A DNA stretch of 64,000 bases from Lingula anatina. Lineage: Eukaryota; Animalia; Brachiopoda. Location: assembly GCA_051362555.1 (NCBI GenBank), contig CM120643.1, forward strand, positions 17,116,848-17,180,847, read 5' to 3'. Every line of letters begins with the position of its first letter. The first letter of the stretch is position 1. A program made the position numbers and the translations under genes. The notes below the pieces were generated by a model. The model was not told the DNA's origin, ran no database searches, and worked only from the letters and a program-made list of their open reading frames with translations. Below, one piece after another: positions 33,832-47,598 of the stretch.

Positions 33832-35199
33832 AGTCATTGACTCAAGGTTCGTTACTTGGACATTTGACAGCAAAGACATACTGACACTCGACATGGTCTA
33901 CTTGGCATTTGACATTGTCTGCACAGCATTTGACACTTGACATGACAAGCAGAAAGTGTTTTATTACAGTTCAAGTATCTCTTCACCTTGATGGCATGGA
34001 AACAAAAACAACTAGACCACATGACATTCACTGACACTTGACCTCTGACGTAATTATCCTTGACACTGACATTAGACAAATGGACAAAAGATAATGGATA
34101 TGGACATGGCTTTATGGACAATGGTACAGGGTAAAGGAAAATTTAAATGCTAATTGATAACTCAAACTGGATATCACAATGGATACGGATACAAGAATAA
34201 CGGACTGTGATTATGGACAACGATTATGGACGTGCCTCATGGTGTATCGTGCAGTTTCCTTAGTGACAACAAGACAAATGTCAGGCTGCTCTGTTTGGTA
34301 TTGGTGATACCGATGGTAATTCATTTTCCATAAGGACTTTCTTGTTATTTATCAATGCTGCATATTTTTCTTGCCGTATGTTACAAATAATTTCTCCAAG
34401 CTGGGAGGAAATCCATTTGTCTACCGTACTTGTATCGGTTTAAACAATATACAATACAGTAAGTGCTCACATAAAGAAAAAAAGCCTTTCGGGATAAAAT
34501 TCATTTCTTATAGATACAGTGTACTTTTGTTTGTGAAACAGGATAACCATGGTGGAAAAAAAAATATCATCTGGAAGCTGTTTTCATATTTATAGTATTG
34601 GCTGTATTAAACAACGTACACCTAGTCATTACTGTGACTATAAAATGCAAAGCGTATGTTGGAGGATACAGAGCAGCATGGAATGCACGTGCACTTAATA
34701 GATACATGTATATCTTTCTGGCGTATTCCTTTTGATATTGTTTTTTGAATTCTATTTTGAATAACTTTTTTCAAGTTTTTAGATATATTCATCATATTTT
34801 TTTCACATACAACTGTCTGTGATATTTCCTGCGGTGTTTTCATTTTTTTAAATTTTAGACTTAGACCAAAGATCACGGCGGGTTGATCTCAACAGTTATT
34901 GCTGTCTGGGGGCGTGGCCGTACTGTGACGTCATGAGCAGGTCTCAGGCACGTTTACTTGTACTGGTACAATCGTATAGTAAAGTCAGCGTTTTTCTAGC
35001 GCTAGAATGTAAACACTAGGTGACAATGTTTCCAAACTCCTTGGGATCTCTTGGAATACTTAATGAAATCAACAGAATCGCGGAGAAGTTGTTGCGTTAA
35101 GAATGTTTGGAGGAAAATGAATAACACCTTGCACATGTAGCAATGCCGTGCGTTTTTGGTTGAGTATTTATGTCCCTTTGTATACTCTCTGTGATTCCA

Positions 35200-35205
35200 A
35201 ATAAA
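35200..35205 (+). terminator. Probable polyadenylation signal of the large gene
   Basis: AATAAA ~1.37 kb after the stop codon, followed by a T/GT-rich tract (gtttttgttttcattattgttt). Confidence 0.5.
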
Positions 35206-36272
35206 GCATCTCGATAAGTTTTTGTTTTCATTATTGTTTATAAAGGAACAGAACTGAAAGAAAATCTGAGGTGTGGCGATTGTCTAAAGCATCACCGTTT
35301 TTATTTTTCAAGGACATTTTTAACGCTTCCCCTTTTGTACATGTACCATGAGAGTGACAGAACCTTTATGTTAGGAATAGAACGGCAATGTGCAGATATA
35401 TTACCTGTTTATACTTCAAGAGAAAAAATCAAGGATGCACCTGTTCAATTTCGACACAGGTAAATACTGGCGCTTTAAAAACCATTAACACGTGGCGTTT
35501 GTTGATCTAACAGTGAGCTCATGATCAACACGACTGGGACTCACGGCAGAAAAGTTGCACTACTTCAAACATATAGACTACTAGACTTCTTAAACTGTGT
35601 GTTCAATGATTTTTCAAAAGCACACGTTGAATAATCCTGCGTGATAAATGTAAGATAACATAGTCTGTTATGGTAGTTGGAAAGTTAGTCCCGAGAGAAA
35701 TGAGTCAACTGCATTGCAGGTGTTTATACCCGAGAGGTGCCCATTCAATGTTAATACCCCCAAAGGCATCGCGGGTTTCTGATAATATCGGAAGCTTTAT
35801 TAACAGCAAAAATTCCATGCAATTTCCGAGAGACGCTGAAGCTTGGAATGACATTCAGGAGTAGAAACAGCGTATGCGTGTGTGTGATGTTAGTAAACGT
35901 TCACGATTGACTTTTTACAATTACAATGCATTCCGTACGTAGGGTTTTAGCTTACAGATATCTTTTTGAATGTGAGAAGAGCTACTAACCTAGACGCCTG
36001 ATTTGTTTCACATTGAAATAAATCTGAATCGCTACTCATATTCCCATTTAGTGACAACATAATGGCCGTCTGTAATGTACTTTTCAGATTTTAAAATGAT
36101 GCCATAGGAAATCTGGTTGCACTGCATATGTCTTTTTCACTGATTGATAAAGTCGTATTTCCACTAAAATTGGACCGACCTAACTCTAACCAAAATAATC
36201 TAAACAAAAATCAAATGATACTTGTAAATATGAAAGACACAATTCAGCAAAAAAAAAAATAAATAATAATAA

Positions 36273-36303
<31 letters not shown>

Positions 36304-39300
36304 AACATAATAAAGGGAAATGTTGCATATAACACAATAGTAAAATTAGATATACGCTTAACTAAAATGAATTTGCACGAGTGGTTTTTCGCCTTCGGTA
36401 ACGACCTTACATGCCAATTTCTTGTGTAGCATGTTAGGCGGAAAACCGAGGCACGAGTTTTATTGACCATTTCGAATCGTTTGTCCTTCATTGAATTTCA
36501 CAACCAGGATAAGAGGGGCGATCCAACCGGAGACAAAACCTATGAAATATTACCAATGTCAATGACCTTGACCTCTGATGATTAACAAACTATTGTTTTT
36601 TCTTTCATAACCTAATCATGGGTTTAATCATCAACGGATATTTTTAATTAGTTTGTCTGTGTTTTAGGGGGATCCCAAATGTCAAGGGTGTCTCTGTTTC
36701 CATGCAGATTTGACTTTTACATTAAATATTTTACCATTTGTCAACTACATATGTCATTTCACATTTAGCCCTTTTGTATGCAGTTCTCAGAAGGAGTTAA
36801 AAAGTCATTAAATTTGCATTTCTGTGAAAAAAAATGTTGTTGTATTAAGATGCTTTGATGCTTTTCAAGATATGCCTTGGCATATTGCATATATTCATGA
36901 TCTTGACCACTGATGACGTTCAAACTATTTTCAAATGAAATGTCATACTTTTTTTCATTATAAATGATGCCTTTTATAAGTTTATAAATTACCGGTACTC
37001 AGATATACCCATTGAAATATCGCCCTCTATGCATTGGCGGCCATTGTGGATTTTAGCACTTTTCCATTGGGTGGATTCCAGTGGGAAATTATCTGTGTTG
37101 TATTGGCCCATCACTGGCCCGGATTAAGTTGAGAAACTTTTCATCATATTTTCCCCAACTTCAATGGGACAAATTTGCTCATTTACTGGCCTAAAATTAT
37201 CATTGCAAGCGGACCATTGTTCAAAGTGAAGTGGCAAATGACGGGAATGGCTACCTTATATAGGTTCTAAGAATTAGTGTATATTTTCAATCAGATCTTT
37301 ATTACTTGGGCACTAAGAAAATAAGTTGATACTGTGATTTGATTTGTAATGATAATCGAATAGTGCCTTACATTGTTGAATTAGAATAACAAATCGCTAC
37401 AGTAAAACAGAGCATTCCGGTCCTTATAAGTTGTTATTAGATTATTCTTCAGAATGGAAAACATTATTATGAACTGATGTACTTAAGCTGATGATAACTT
37501 CAACAAATTAAGAATTAATAGATAAGGTTTCGCTGGTCGACAAACAGGGAGGTGCAAGCGGCACGCTACTTAAGAGTCAAAGTACTGGCAGTGACAGATC
37601 CTGGATTTTGTTGGGATTGGGTAGGGAGGGGCAAAGGATTTTTAGAAAGTAGCAAGTATATGGATAAACAGGACAATTTTTAAAATAATTTATAGGCTAC
37701 TGGTGTTGGAAAACTACTCTACGCTGTTAGATGTCGCTTTTCATACTTTTTTCTGGGGTGGGGGTGGAGGGGGGGGGAGAAAAGGCGGTATCTTAAAGCT
37801 ATGGGGAACGTGCTCGTTGTGCCTTCCCCTGGTCCCGCCACAGTGTGACACACAATGTGAAGACCCTGGGTTTACGGACATCGTGATGAAGGCAGGCTGG
37901 AAAACCAAAACCAAAATGTCATGCCCAGTAAACAGTGGCCATGTGCGCCAAAAGTTGTGTAGACCATGGTACACATTTTAAAAGTACCTTACCCGCCAGG
38001 GGTACCCATTGAGATTGTTTTTCCTTTTTTTATTTCATCACTCTGGAGAAGTAAATCTGTTGATGTTGCGCCAATTTTCAGGGACTCGGTATGAGTGGTC
38101 TCCTCATTACTCTCTCCAAGCCTTTTTCCAATCTGCCCCGGAAATCCCGGTCTCTTTTTTTCATTCATGTCCCTGTTGACAAACCGGCGAACGTCACGTA
38201 GTGGCGACATGCCTCGCAGGGTGCATGCTGTGTGTTTCGCCCAACCCTTCCGCTTGCGTATTTCCATTCAAAAAATCAACATCTTTATTTCGTTATCTGA
38301 GAAGAAATCGGCTGAGCCTCATTCAGTCTTGTCCCTAAGAAAGGTTTAATGTGCTTATTTCCTGTTACTGTAATTTCGACTGACGTCTAAAGGATCGATT
38401 TACCATTCAATCTTTTTTCCTTTTTTAATAATCCCGATGTCCTTCAATTTTCCAACGTCGAAAGCTATTTTGAATTGTCCGAAGAAAAATACCGGTTGTA
38501 AAAGATTTAAACGTCGTGGATATCAATATCTCCACCAGCAGTTTAAAGTAGTTGAAATAGTGGAATTACATCAATGCCATAATCGTTTGACTGATAGAGT
38601 TTTACCGGTGCGATCTAAACGACAGCCAAAAATATTCTCAGATTCGAAAGAAGAACTATTTCGAGAAACAACCGTATTTTCATTATGAAACAAAACAAAA
38701 AAATAATAAATCAACAAATATGGAGGTGGGGATGGGGTTCAAACAGAGGCTTCAGGAGTCTGCACACGTGCCGTATATGTTCTATCAAAGAAAAAGGATA
38801 ACACAAGTCAACCGAAAAGTGCCAAAGCACAATCAAATATACTAGAAGTAGTGTCGAATTCATGTCCTCTTTTTGTTCATTTTGAAGCAATTCATCATAC
38901 ACTGATTCCAGATGCCCTCTCACTCCCAAAACCACCGGGCCATCGGAGAACAAAATACTTAACTTTTAATTAATTACAGTTAAAAAGGTTTCATAAAATA
39001 CATAAATACCACTTAATGTTCAGATATAATTCAATATGTATGATTTAACCATCTTATCTGAAATGCATAATAAGATGATGCAGTTTTTCCTTCTACGACA
39101 CTTTTTGCAATAGGACGCATGACGTCACCTCAAGGATGAAATTTTGCGGTGAAATGGATTCTAAATTTCTTCAAACATGTAAACATGAAGATTGCAGTTT
39201 TATCGAAAAAAAAAGCCTTAATCAAAAAAATACTGTTTACACACATCACATGGTAAGTGAATATTTCAATACCAGCTTGATTAAAAGCACTGGAAGATTG

Positions 39301-42253
39301 TCAGGAAATGCATTAAAAGTAAATATGACTCACGACCAAATCTTTTAAAACTTATTTCACGTGAGACCAAATTTAAACGCTATCTTCGATGTTTGACATA
39401 TTTCAAAGATAAAGGCCTAATGGTTAAAAATTATTGTTTGATATTTAAGTTGCATACTTTTTGCAGACGTTTTTTTCGGAAGATGCCACAAACTGAACAA
39501 GAAAGAGACACAAACCCCTACAACGGACTGCAATAAACGTCAATTTGCCACTTCAAATTATGTTTATGCTATTTTGTAACGAACCTCTATTTAGTTAATT
39601 CAGGGATAGTTATAAATGAGAGAAGCTAATTCTGGCTGAGAGAAAGGTCCAGGATTGCTAAGCAGAAGGTACCAGTAGACATCAGTCCACTGTTGCTGGA
39701 GATAAAGATCTGCCATATTGATGAAATCTGCGTAGGCCTAAATTTAACTCTAAAACCATTTATGGGAACTTTTATTTATCAAGCGTTATTTCGTTCAGCT
39801 TGAAGATGTGGGTCTTTCGCAGAAGCAAATTTTCTTTGACTGGAAAGAAAAATAATATTATTGTAGTTCAAAAGTAAAAAGAAGCGAGGACCAAAATAGC
39901 CAGACCTCGTCCCAAGCGAATTCAAATGTCTTTTTGTGTCTCTGACCACGTTTGCATTGCTAGACTACAAACAGACAAACGGATAGATATGCCTGTAAGT
40001 GAGTAAAATCCAGTGCAATAAAGTTTAACTATGGACCAGATAAAGCCTTATAAATATGGTAGATTTGCATCGCGTCTGTACAAAATACACGTATAGTTAC
40101 ATATATATTGTTAATGTACTTGTATCGCATATGTGAATACTACATAACCACTTTTAAATGGTAACAAACCTTTTTACGTGAAAGCAGATCTATGTGCATA
40201 TCTCACTTCTGAATCGAAACCTTGTCGTTTGTCTTCCAAATAATCTTAATCAAGTTACCCTAGTTCAGACTTGTGTGTAAAACATTTGCGTAGAGAGGGA
40301 GAAAACATGGCCTCTTCGCATTAAGCGCTCTCCGAGGTTTCGTTCAAGATTGAATTTCCCCTTAATAAAAATTGAAACGTGAGATTGATCCTCAAATACT
40401 TTTAACGTCACCACGAAAATTGGTCATAAGCGATACAAAGTTGAGTTAATAAATGGCAAAACGCATCAAGAGACATTTAAGCCAAATCTCTTAAGTAAGG
40501 ATCACGTCGTTAAGTTACTTAATAGACGTTTTTTGTTTCAGATGCAACCCAAAAGAAGAGATTTTAACTCGGTTATTTCATGGCTATTAACACCCCCTTG
40601 TTGACATTTAGTCATTGACTCTTAATGTTCAAAGCATTCACGAATTCATCAGAGAACAGCTCAGTGTTTTAGTGGTTATTCCATTTCTGATATCAGATTG
40701 CCTATGACAATGTGTGCCAAGTTTGCATGTACTTTGCACCACTCTTGCCAACGGTCTGCAAGAGCTGCGGAATGCAACGGAGATTAAGCGGAAGCCAAGA
40801 TGACATTAAGATAAAACTTGGGGGAAATGATCTGTCCTTTCTAAAGGACTCATAAAAAAGAACAGACGTATGTGAAACACAATGCGGTTTCTGTGAGTAA
40901 GCCAAACGGTCGGATCCTGAAATTGTTTTGGCAATTGTTTTGAACAACATGTGTCTAAATAGACCCCAAAAGCCATCTCCGGAAGGAAAAAAATGCGTTC
41001 CCTAGCTAGCATTTCAAATCAAGATTCCCTTTCACCTTATTCATTAGGTATAAAATCCCACGACAAAAGTATTTTTCTAACGAAATGTCAAAATCTGGGG
41101 AGCTTCTCTGCCTCTGGTTCTGGTATTGTAGTGAGTTATTCCACTGCCTACACAATGGAAGACCAAGTGCAAATCACTAGGTCCACATTCCTTACTCATC
41201 TTTTTTATCATTTTTGGTTCATCTATTTTTTGTTTTGTATTCAATTTAGAATGATTATAAGGCAGAATGTGACTCGTTCATTATTTGGTGACCAAAAGGA
41301 ATCAACACATGTCAGATTGCAATTGATCGGGCAGAAAAGAAATTTGCCAATTTGTGACCTCGGACTCTTGTCTAATTTTCAACATGATTTTTGTTGCCTG
41401 ACTTGTCAGCAATGGTTTTTGAGTAATAGGATGGATGCCTGTGATCTTAAATGTCCCATGTTTTCGTTATTTACCACTTATTTACTCCCGCCACTTGTAT
41501 GAGTTTGGCGGCCAATCGTCTCAACACAAATGGAAATGACAGACAATACTTCAGAAATCATGTCCCATTCAACGATAAAATACGCTTGTCTAATAGTGAA
41601 TTGTTTGGTGGCTAGCAGCTTCTAGTCATCGATGACTATACTTTCAAAAATTCAACAGAAAACCGACACACGTTTTGATAGGTCATGATAAGTTTTGAGA
41701 GCCGTGCGTCCCAAATTTAAAACAAAAATCCTTAAAAGAGAAAGGGAAAAGTCACCATAAGACCAAGATTTCTTAATCGTTATTTATGGGACATTTTAGG
41801 AGACATTTGTTTCTTCAAAAGAAAGAAGTGTGATTCCCAATTACATATGTACCTCTAGAGCATCTGAAATAGGCACAATCTGAAATATCATTTGATCAGT
41901 GGTTCAGATACAAATGGGCGTAATGAAGTGTAGGGGTGGGGTGAGGTGAGGTGGGGGGGGGGGTCAGGAATTCACTGTACATTAGTGTCGTCAAGTACGC
42001 ATAATTATGTTATGACTGTAGTGCTTACTATGATGCAGGCGTACACTCATCAATCTTGTCCCGTGTTAAAAAATAAACACCTGCGAGCAAAGTAAGCCCG
42101 AATGAAAAAAAAAAACACAATTTCACCTTGACGTAGTTACTCGGAATCCACATGTAGGCGGACAGATGAATATAAATGTAATATAAAGCACTCATTTTAA
42201 CATATACTGGGGTTAAATACGAGGTTAAAAGAGGTGAGAAAAACAACCACTAT

Positions 42254-42738
42254 GGGTGCATTCCCAGAGATTTAGAACGATCCAGAGATTTAGATTTAGA
42301 TCGACCTAACTCCCTGGGGGTTCACGCTAAATTGCAGTCAGCCGAGCGCGCACCATAGTTAATTACCCCCTTTCAGCTTTTAGTTTGCGGGACAGACGCT
42401 TAAGCCGGCTAAGCTGACAGTAATCTAGTGAGACCCCCCACAGGGATAGATCGATCTAAAATCTATGGGAATGGGGTCTATGACTGGGTTCCCATATCTA
42501 GATATATCTAAAAGGATCGATCCATCTCCGAGGGGTTTCTCGCTAAATGGCTTTCAGCTTAAGCGGCTTAGATGTCTGGCACGCCTACTGAAGCTGCTAC
42601 ACGATAATTAATTACCCCTTAGCAGCTTCAGTAAGCGCGACAGCCATCTAAGCCGCTTAAGTTGATCGCAATTTAGCCAAAATCCCCTCGGAGATAAATC
42701 GATCCACAGTTAGTACGATAGGGTCTGGGGATGGTCCC
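42254..42738. mobile_element. Two adjacent related foldback MITEs (Harbinger-like)
   Basis: 42254-42478 and 42482-42738, each an imperfect palindrome (ttccca...gatcga...gctaaat...ttaattacccc...cttaag...tcgatc...ggaatgg/ggatgg). TAT lies before, between and after the two units. Confidence 0.7.
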
Positions 42739-43602
42739 TATGTGCCTCCTGACACTTGATCTCTGTTACATCATATCTGAGAGTTCACTTGGTCGTGTAG
42801 ATGTCAAAGTCGAGTATAATTGTTTTAGACAGGTTGCATATTAAGCGACTTAAAGCTTCCAAGAAGTAAATTAAGACACTGATTGACAAATAAGTAAACC
42901 CGGTGTGTATTATAATCACCACCGGGGCAGTCGTGGAATTTAAATCCTGCGAGTTTCAGGAAAAACGCCCTCTAAGTAAAACACAATCATCGGTTTCATT
43001 ATGAGTACACACTTCACGGAAACCTTTATACGCATATATTCATATCGTGTCATGAAACAAACAGGAAATCCCAGAAACCCCCATCGTTTAGTTAAAGAGA
43101 AATCGTTTAAATAATGCGACATGATGACGTACAAGTATAAGGTCAAAAAAGCTTAACTATCCTTTGGCTTAAGGGCTAAAATTGTAAAAGAGCGCAAAAT
43201 CACTCGGTTTTTATTACTACCAAACTATCCAACGTTTCCCAGTTGCTATCTATTCAAGTACGTATCATATGACCATCGTTATCGGTGAATGGAAGAGCTG
43301 TGTCTAATCGGCAGCAAGAATTACGCATAGAAGGCCAGACCCAGTAGTGCGGCGGTTTACACAAAATGTCACTTATTTTTGATCGATGCACACATTAATC
43401 TGAGGTCAATTGTCCTGTTAATCACTTACAAGAAAGACCTCGAGAACCGAAATCCTCCAAAAAGTAGTTATAATACGGGAAATAACTGCGAGGCTCCAGG
43501 AAACGAGAGTGAGCAACAATACCAGTGGCTTTGTACACACCTCCGCTGCAAGTCAACGCACCCCGTTTACACTATTTCAACTGGTACTACTTTGATGCGA
43601 TC

Positions 43603-43733
43603 CAGGACCCCGTGACTGGAAAGCATCGCGCATTGCGACCGAGCGCAAACGTCTCGATTCCCCATATAATACACTGTAGCCTCTATGTGATATCGCTATT
43701 CGCATACCCGATGCTTTCGATTTACGGGGCCCA
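43603..43733. mobile_element. Short MITE-like inverted repeat
   Basis: ggaccccgtgactggaaagcatcgcgcattgcga ... tcgcatacccgatgctttcgatttacggggccc (imperfect TIRs). Confidence 0.45.
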
Positions 43734-44742
43734 GGTGTGCAACGATTTGTGTTAGGACAGAGAATAAATGCAACATTTTGCCCCTTACAAAAATCCTATT
43801 TCAGTCAAAATATTTTACAGCGAAATTTTTCTTGGCCGAATTGGATAAGTATTTACGAGCATGGAGACGTCCCGGTTAAACCGAGTGAAAATGAAAGCGG
43901 CAGCATACATTCTATTAACAAGAATCCCATCTTGGCTCCGAAAACGTTGCTTCTATACCCACTCACAAATCAATGGCAGTCCGGCACTTAAATAACGGAG
44001 GTAGAGAAATGTCTTTTAACTTTGACAGTTAGACGATGCAATAAATCAAAAATAAATTCCCATAGCCTCAAATTCAATTAGGGCAGCATCGAACTGGTTG
44101 TTAAAACCATGGGTGCATTCTGTCAACGGAGCGTGTTACGGAAAGGCCTGTCACTTTATTCCAACTGATGGAAATTACCCGATCTCACTTGTTCGACTTA
44201 TCAGATGGTGGGAAAGATTGCATGAGTTGCTGAGTTGCTTAGTTCTCCGCATTATTCCCCCAAGGGGCGATTCGGGGCTGTACAAGAAAATACGCTTAAT
44301 CAAAGTGTCAATTTTCTCCACGCTTGAAACTCTGATCAGCATGACCTCACCGGGACAACGAACGCCACTCACGCTATTAATGGTGTCGGTTTTGAGTTTT
44401 GAGGCGCAGCGTTTGTCTTACTGTGAAATATATATTTCTGTACAATGTAGGCAGATTGTGAGCGCATGTGGTACGCTTTAAGTTAATTTAGCGAAGACTT
44501 TTACAGAAAGAACAATTTTTTATTAGATACTTGGCATCCTGTTTGGTTAACAGTTAAGTTATTAGTATGGATATGATATTATGTTGTTAACATGAAGCAG
44601 TTGATAAAAATGCAAAAAAAATAATCAAACATATAAATCAGTTTCTTCCAGAATAAAAATATATCATCACATAAAAAATGACACCAAAAATGAAAAGAAA
44701 CGTAATGATTGTAAAACTGAAAACCGTATCTTGTAAAACATA

Positions 44743-45219
44743 CAGCATTGGTTAAAAAGGTTGTCCCACCCCTAGTTTCATGTTTCATGATTAGTGGTTC
44801 AGAAAATACAAACTAGCGGCGAAGATATCCGCGCCGCCCACAGGAGATAACTACAGTACGCGGTGGACACACACGCTATTAGATACGTGACCTATAACGA
44901 TCACACTCTAATGCTAAATGTGTGTAAAATTGGTGACATTTGGTGGCGTCTTTTCAATGTAATGGACGTTTCTTTACCTCTGTAGAAATCACAGTGAAAC
45001 GTCGGATTTGAGGGGGTACATATAATAAATGTGAATAAATGGTATTAAATATTGATATCTTCACCGCTAGTTTGTGTTTTCTGTTCCACTAATCATGTTA
45101 GTTATGGTATCTGGAATGAAAATTACTATTTGTAACAATTTTCACCTGTGATGTGATAATTTATTTATAAATAAAATCACATGATACTGGGGGTGGGATA
45201 ACCTTTTTGACCAATGTTG
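44743..45219. mobile_element. Tc1/mariner-type MITE with long bipartite TIRs
   Basis: cagcattggttaaaaaggttgtcccaccc / gggtgggataacctttttgaccaatgttg, plus inner arms catgattagtgg...actagcggcgaagatatc / gatatcttcaccgctagt...ccactaatcatg; TA on both flanks. Confidence 0.75.
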
Positions 45220-45635
45220 TATTGTTCCATTTCCCCATTGAATAAGTTTCTACTGTAGCTATATAGCTATGATTTCAATTCGATGCGGACATGGCCCAAT
45301 GAGGACATGGCGTGACGAATGTCAACATTTAAAAAAAACGGGATTTGTGGAACTGCTAATAATCTGGCAGAAGGATAGCGTGTTCTTCATTAGCGGACTG
45401 AAAAGGGTTAGAAACAGCACAATTACCTGCTGATTACCTTAATACTTTGGGGTGTATTCTTCAATAATTACTCGATAAACATAACTTGTTCTTGTTTGCG
45501 GTTTCCTCGTATTTCTTTTTTGTCCTGGTATTACTGAACGTATAATTAGTGATGGTCATGTATCTTTCAGGACAAAAACGTCAGATAAGTTTTGTGTACT
45601 TTTTAGCCAATACAATGCAGTAGCGAAAGATGAAA

Positions 45636-45862
45636 AACTAGAAAAACACTCCGAGAGCGCAGACCTCCGCTAAGGCAGCAATTTTTAATTATTATTGATT
45701 GATTATTGATCCGGGTCACCAACAAAAACTAATCATCTTTTCCTTGGCCCACTTCTGACAGTTCCTGAAAATTTCATCAAAATCGGTCCATAACTTTTTG
45801 AGTTAGGTTGACGACAGACAGACAAACAGGGGTGAAACCATAACCTCCTTGGCGGAGGTGAT
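45636..45862 (+). mobile_element. Non-autonomous Helentron/HINE-like element
   Basis: Begins aactagaaaa; subterminal inverted repeat cctccgctaagg / ccttggcggagg; internal (GACA)n; no TSD. Confidence 0.6.
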
Positions 45863-47543
45863 TATATGAACATTGAACGTTATCAAAGAACACTATAGTT
45901 CTTTTTCATGCAGTTTAGAAACAAACAGAAATATCTTTCGCCTCGATTAACGTCACGTTGAATTAATCCGGAAGGTCCACGTGCGTAACTTCTCAAAAGC
46001 CTCGCGAGATAAGGGGTCATTGCATATTAAAGCGTTCCGCTGGATCTTGTCCTTTTTCGACGAGCGTTTTGCATAGCACAATCTACAATAATTAGGCAAA
46101 TTTTGAGACTTTTAAATCTTGCTTTGTGGTTAATTATCTTGAAATACAGCCTAGAAAGGTTCGCACGGTTATATACAGCCGTAGGTCGTTATCCCAAAGG
46201 ACATGGTAATTACATTACATCAAATCTAGTGATAGTATGCGAACCAATTCTCATAAACAACAGATGCGCCTCACATTCATCTTCACTAAACAAGGACGTT
46301 CAAACTCCTCACTGGACAAAATTCCTTGCGAGTGCATTTTGAAAATTAGCAATACAGCAATGCTTTTTTTTTTGCATGCATTCATAATGTGCAAAACTCT
46401 ATTATTAAAATGGCAAATACAGTTAATTGTACTCCGTCAACTTTGGTAAAGTAATTTGTGAGCGACGCATCAATTTTCAGATTTTGAGGCATATTTTCTG
46501 GAATATTCCAAGATATAGCCCTACCCTATATGTGTCCTATTCTAAACCGTTGAGAAAATTACGACCTATTAAACCGCTTATTAACTGTCACAAGTGAAAA
46601 TCAGCAGTACCTATCTCCATCACGACAGGGATTCAAAGACTAGAAACTTAAAACTTAAAATCTACGAACATAAGTAGATTATGGCGACGCATGTGAATGG
46701 TACCGTACGGCTGTATCTCACACACAAAATTAGATTAAACTGTTAGATTAAATTGAGCATCTGACTAGACTGTCAGAGGGAAAAAATGTCTATACTGTTG
46801 ACACGGGGTAAATCAGTGGTGCACTCTTTCAATCACGTTTTTAAAAGTGACATATTTTGTCTAAGATATAAAGGGAAATGGATCCTTTTTTGTCAGAATG
46901 TATTTTTTGCTGATTTCAATACTTTTGTGTACTTAGCTCATGTACTTTGTGTTATATTACTAATATAAAGGTAGCTGCAACATCAATTACACTAAATATG
47001 TACTTGTATTATATGCTACCGCTATTATTTCACCCGCATAAACTATACCGACAGGTTTAAATGTTCAACATTTCTAGATCAAATTGCTACTCTGAAGCGG
47101 AAATAGATTTTTTTAATAGTTACAACTGGGTAATGAAGAGTAAAACAAGCTGTACATGGAATAATAAATATGCGACGAGGAAGAGGGGAGTACGCATCAC
47201 CAGGCAAGCGTTTTAGATTATTTTGTATGTATTTTAATATTAAAATGCGAATGTGACGGTGTAATTAAATCATATCTCAGCATCTCAGCTTCCTGCTTCC
47301 GTTCTGTACGTCACATTTCTGTTCAGATGCACATTAAGATCCTTAGGTCGGTACCTTAAACTTCATGATTGCATGAAAATACGATTTGCCCTTGCCTTGA
47401 GCGGGCATTGCCCAAATTGCGTATTATTGTAGTATGCGCAAATGCATGTACAGTGCATGTAATGTATGCTTTTGAGCCACGTATCCAACATGTGACTGAA
47501 CCTATACGGCACATTCGCGAGCAAGTGATTGTGTAATCTCTTT

Positions 47544-47598
47544 CTCTCTCTCTCTCTCTCTCACACACATACACACAGACACACACACACACACACAC
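47544..47598. repeat. (TC)n(AC)n microsatellite
   Basis: Seen directly in sequence. Confidence 0.9.

Noticed and set aside
37589-37843. Possible hAT-like MITE (cagtgacagatcctgg...ctggtcccgccacag)
   Set aside because: TIRs are degenerate and no TSD was found; probably an old copy, but boundaries are unsupported.
37741-38349. GC-richer ORFs at 37741-37974, 37989-38267 and 38095-38349, with a minus-strand GTAAGG donor near 37992
   Set aside because: No recognisable protein motif and no partner exons found; more likely repeat-derived or regulatory DNA, though an exon cannot be excluded.
40993-41502. 169-aa plus-strand ORF
   Set aside because: Composition looks like translated AT-rich non-coding DNA; no domain motif or convincing splice context.
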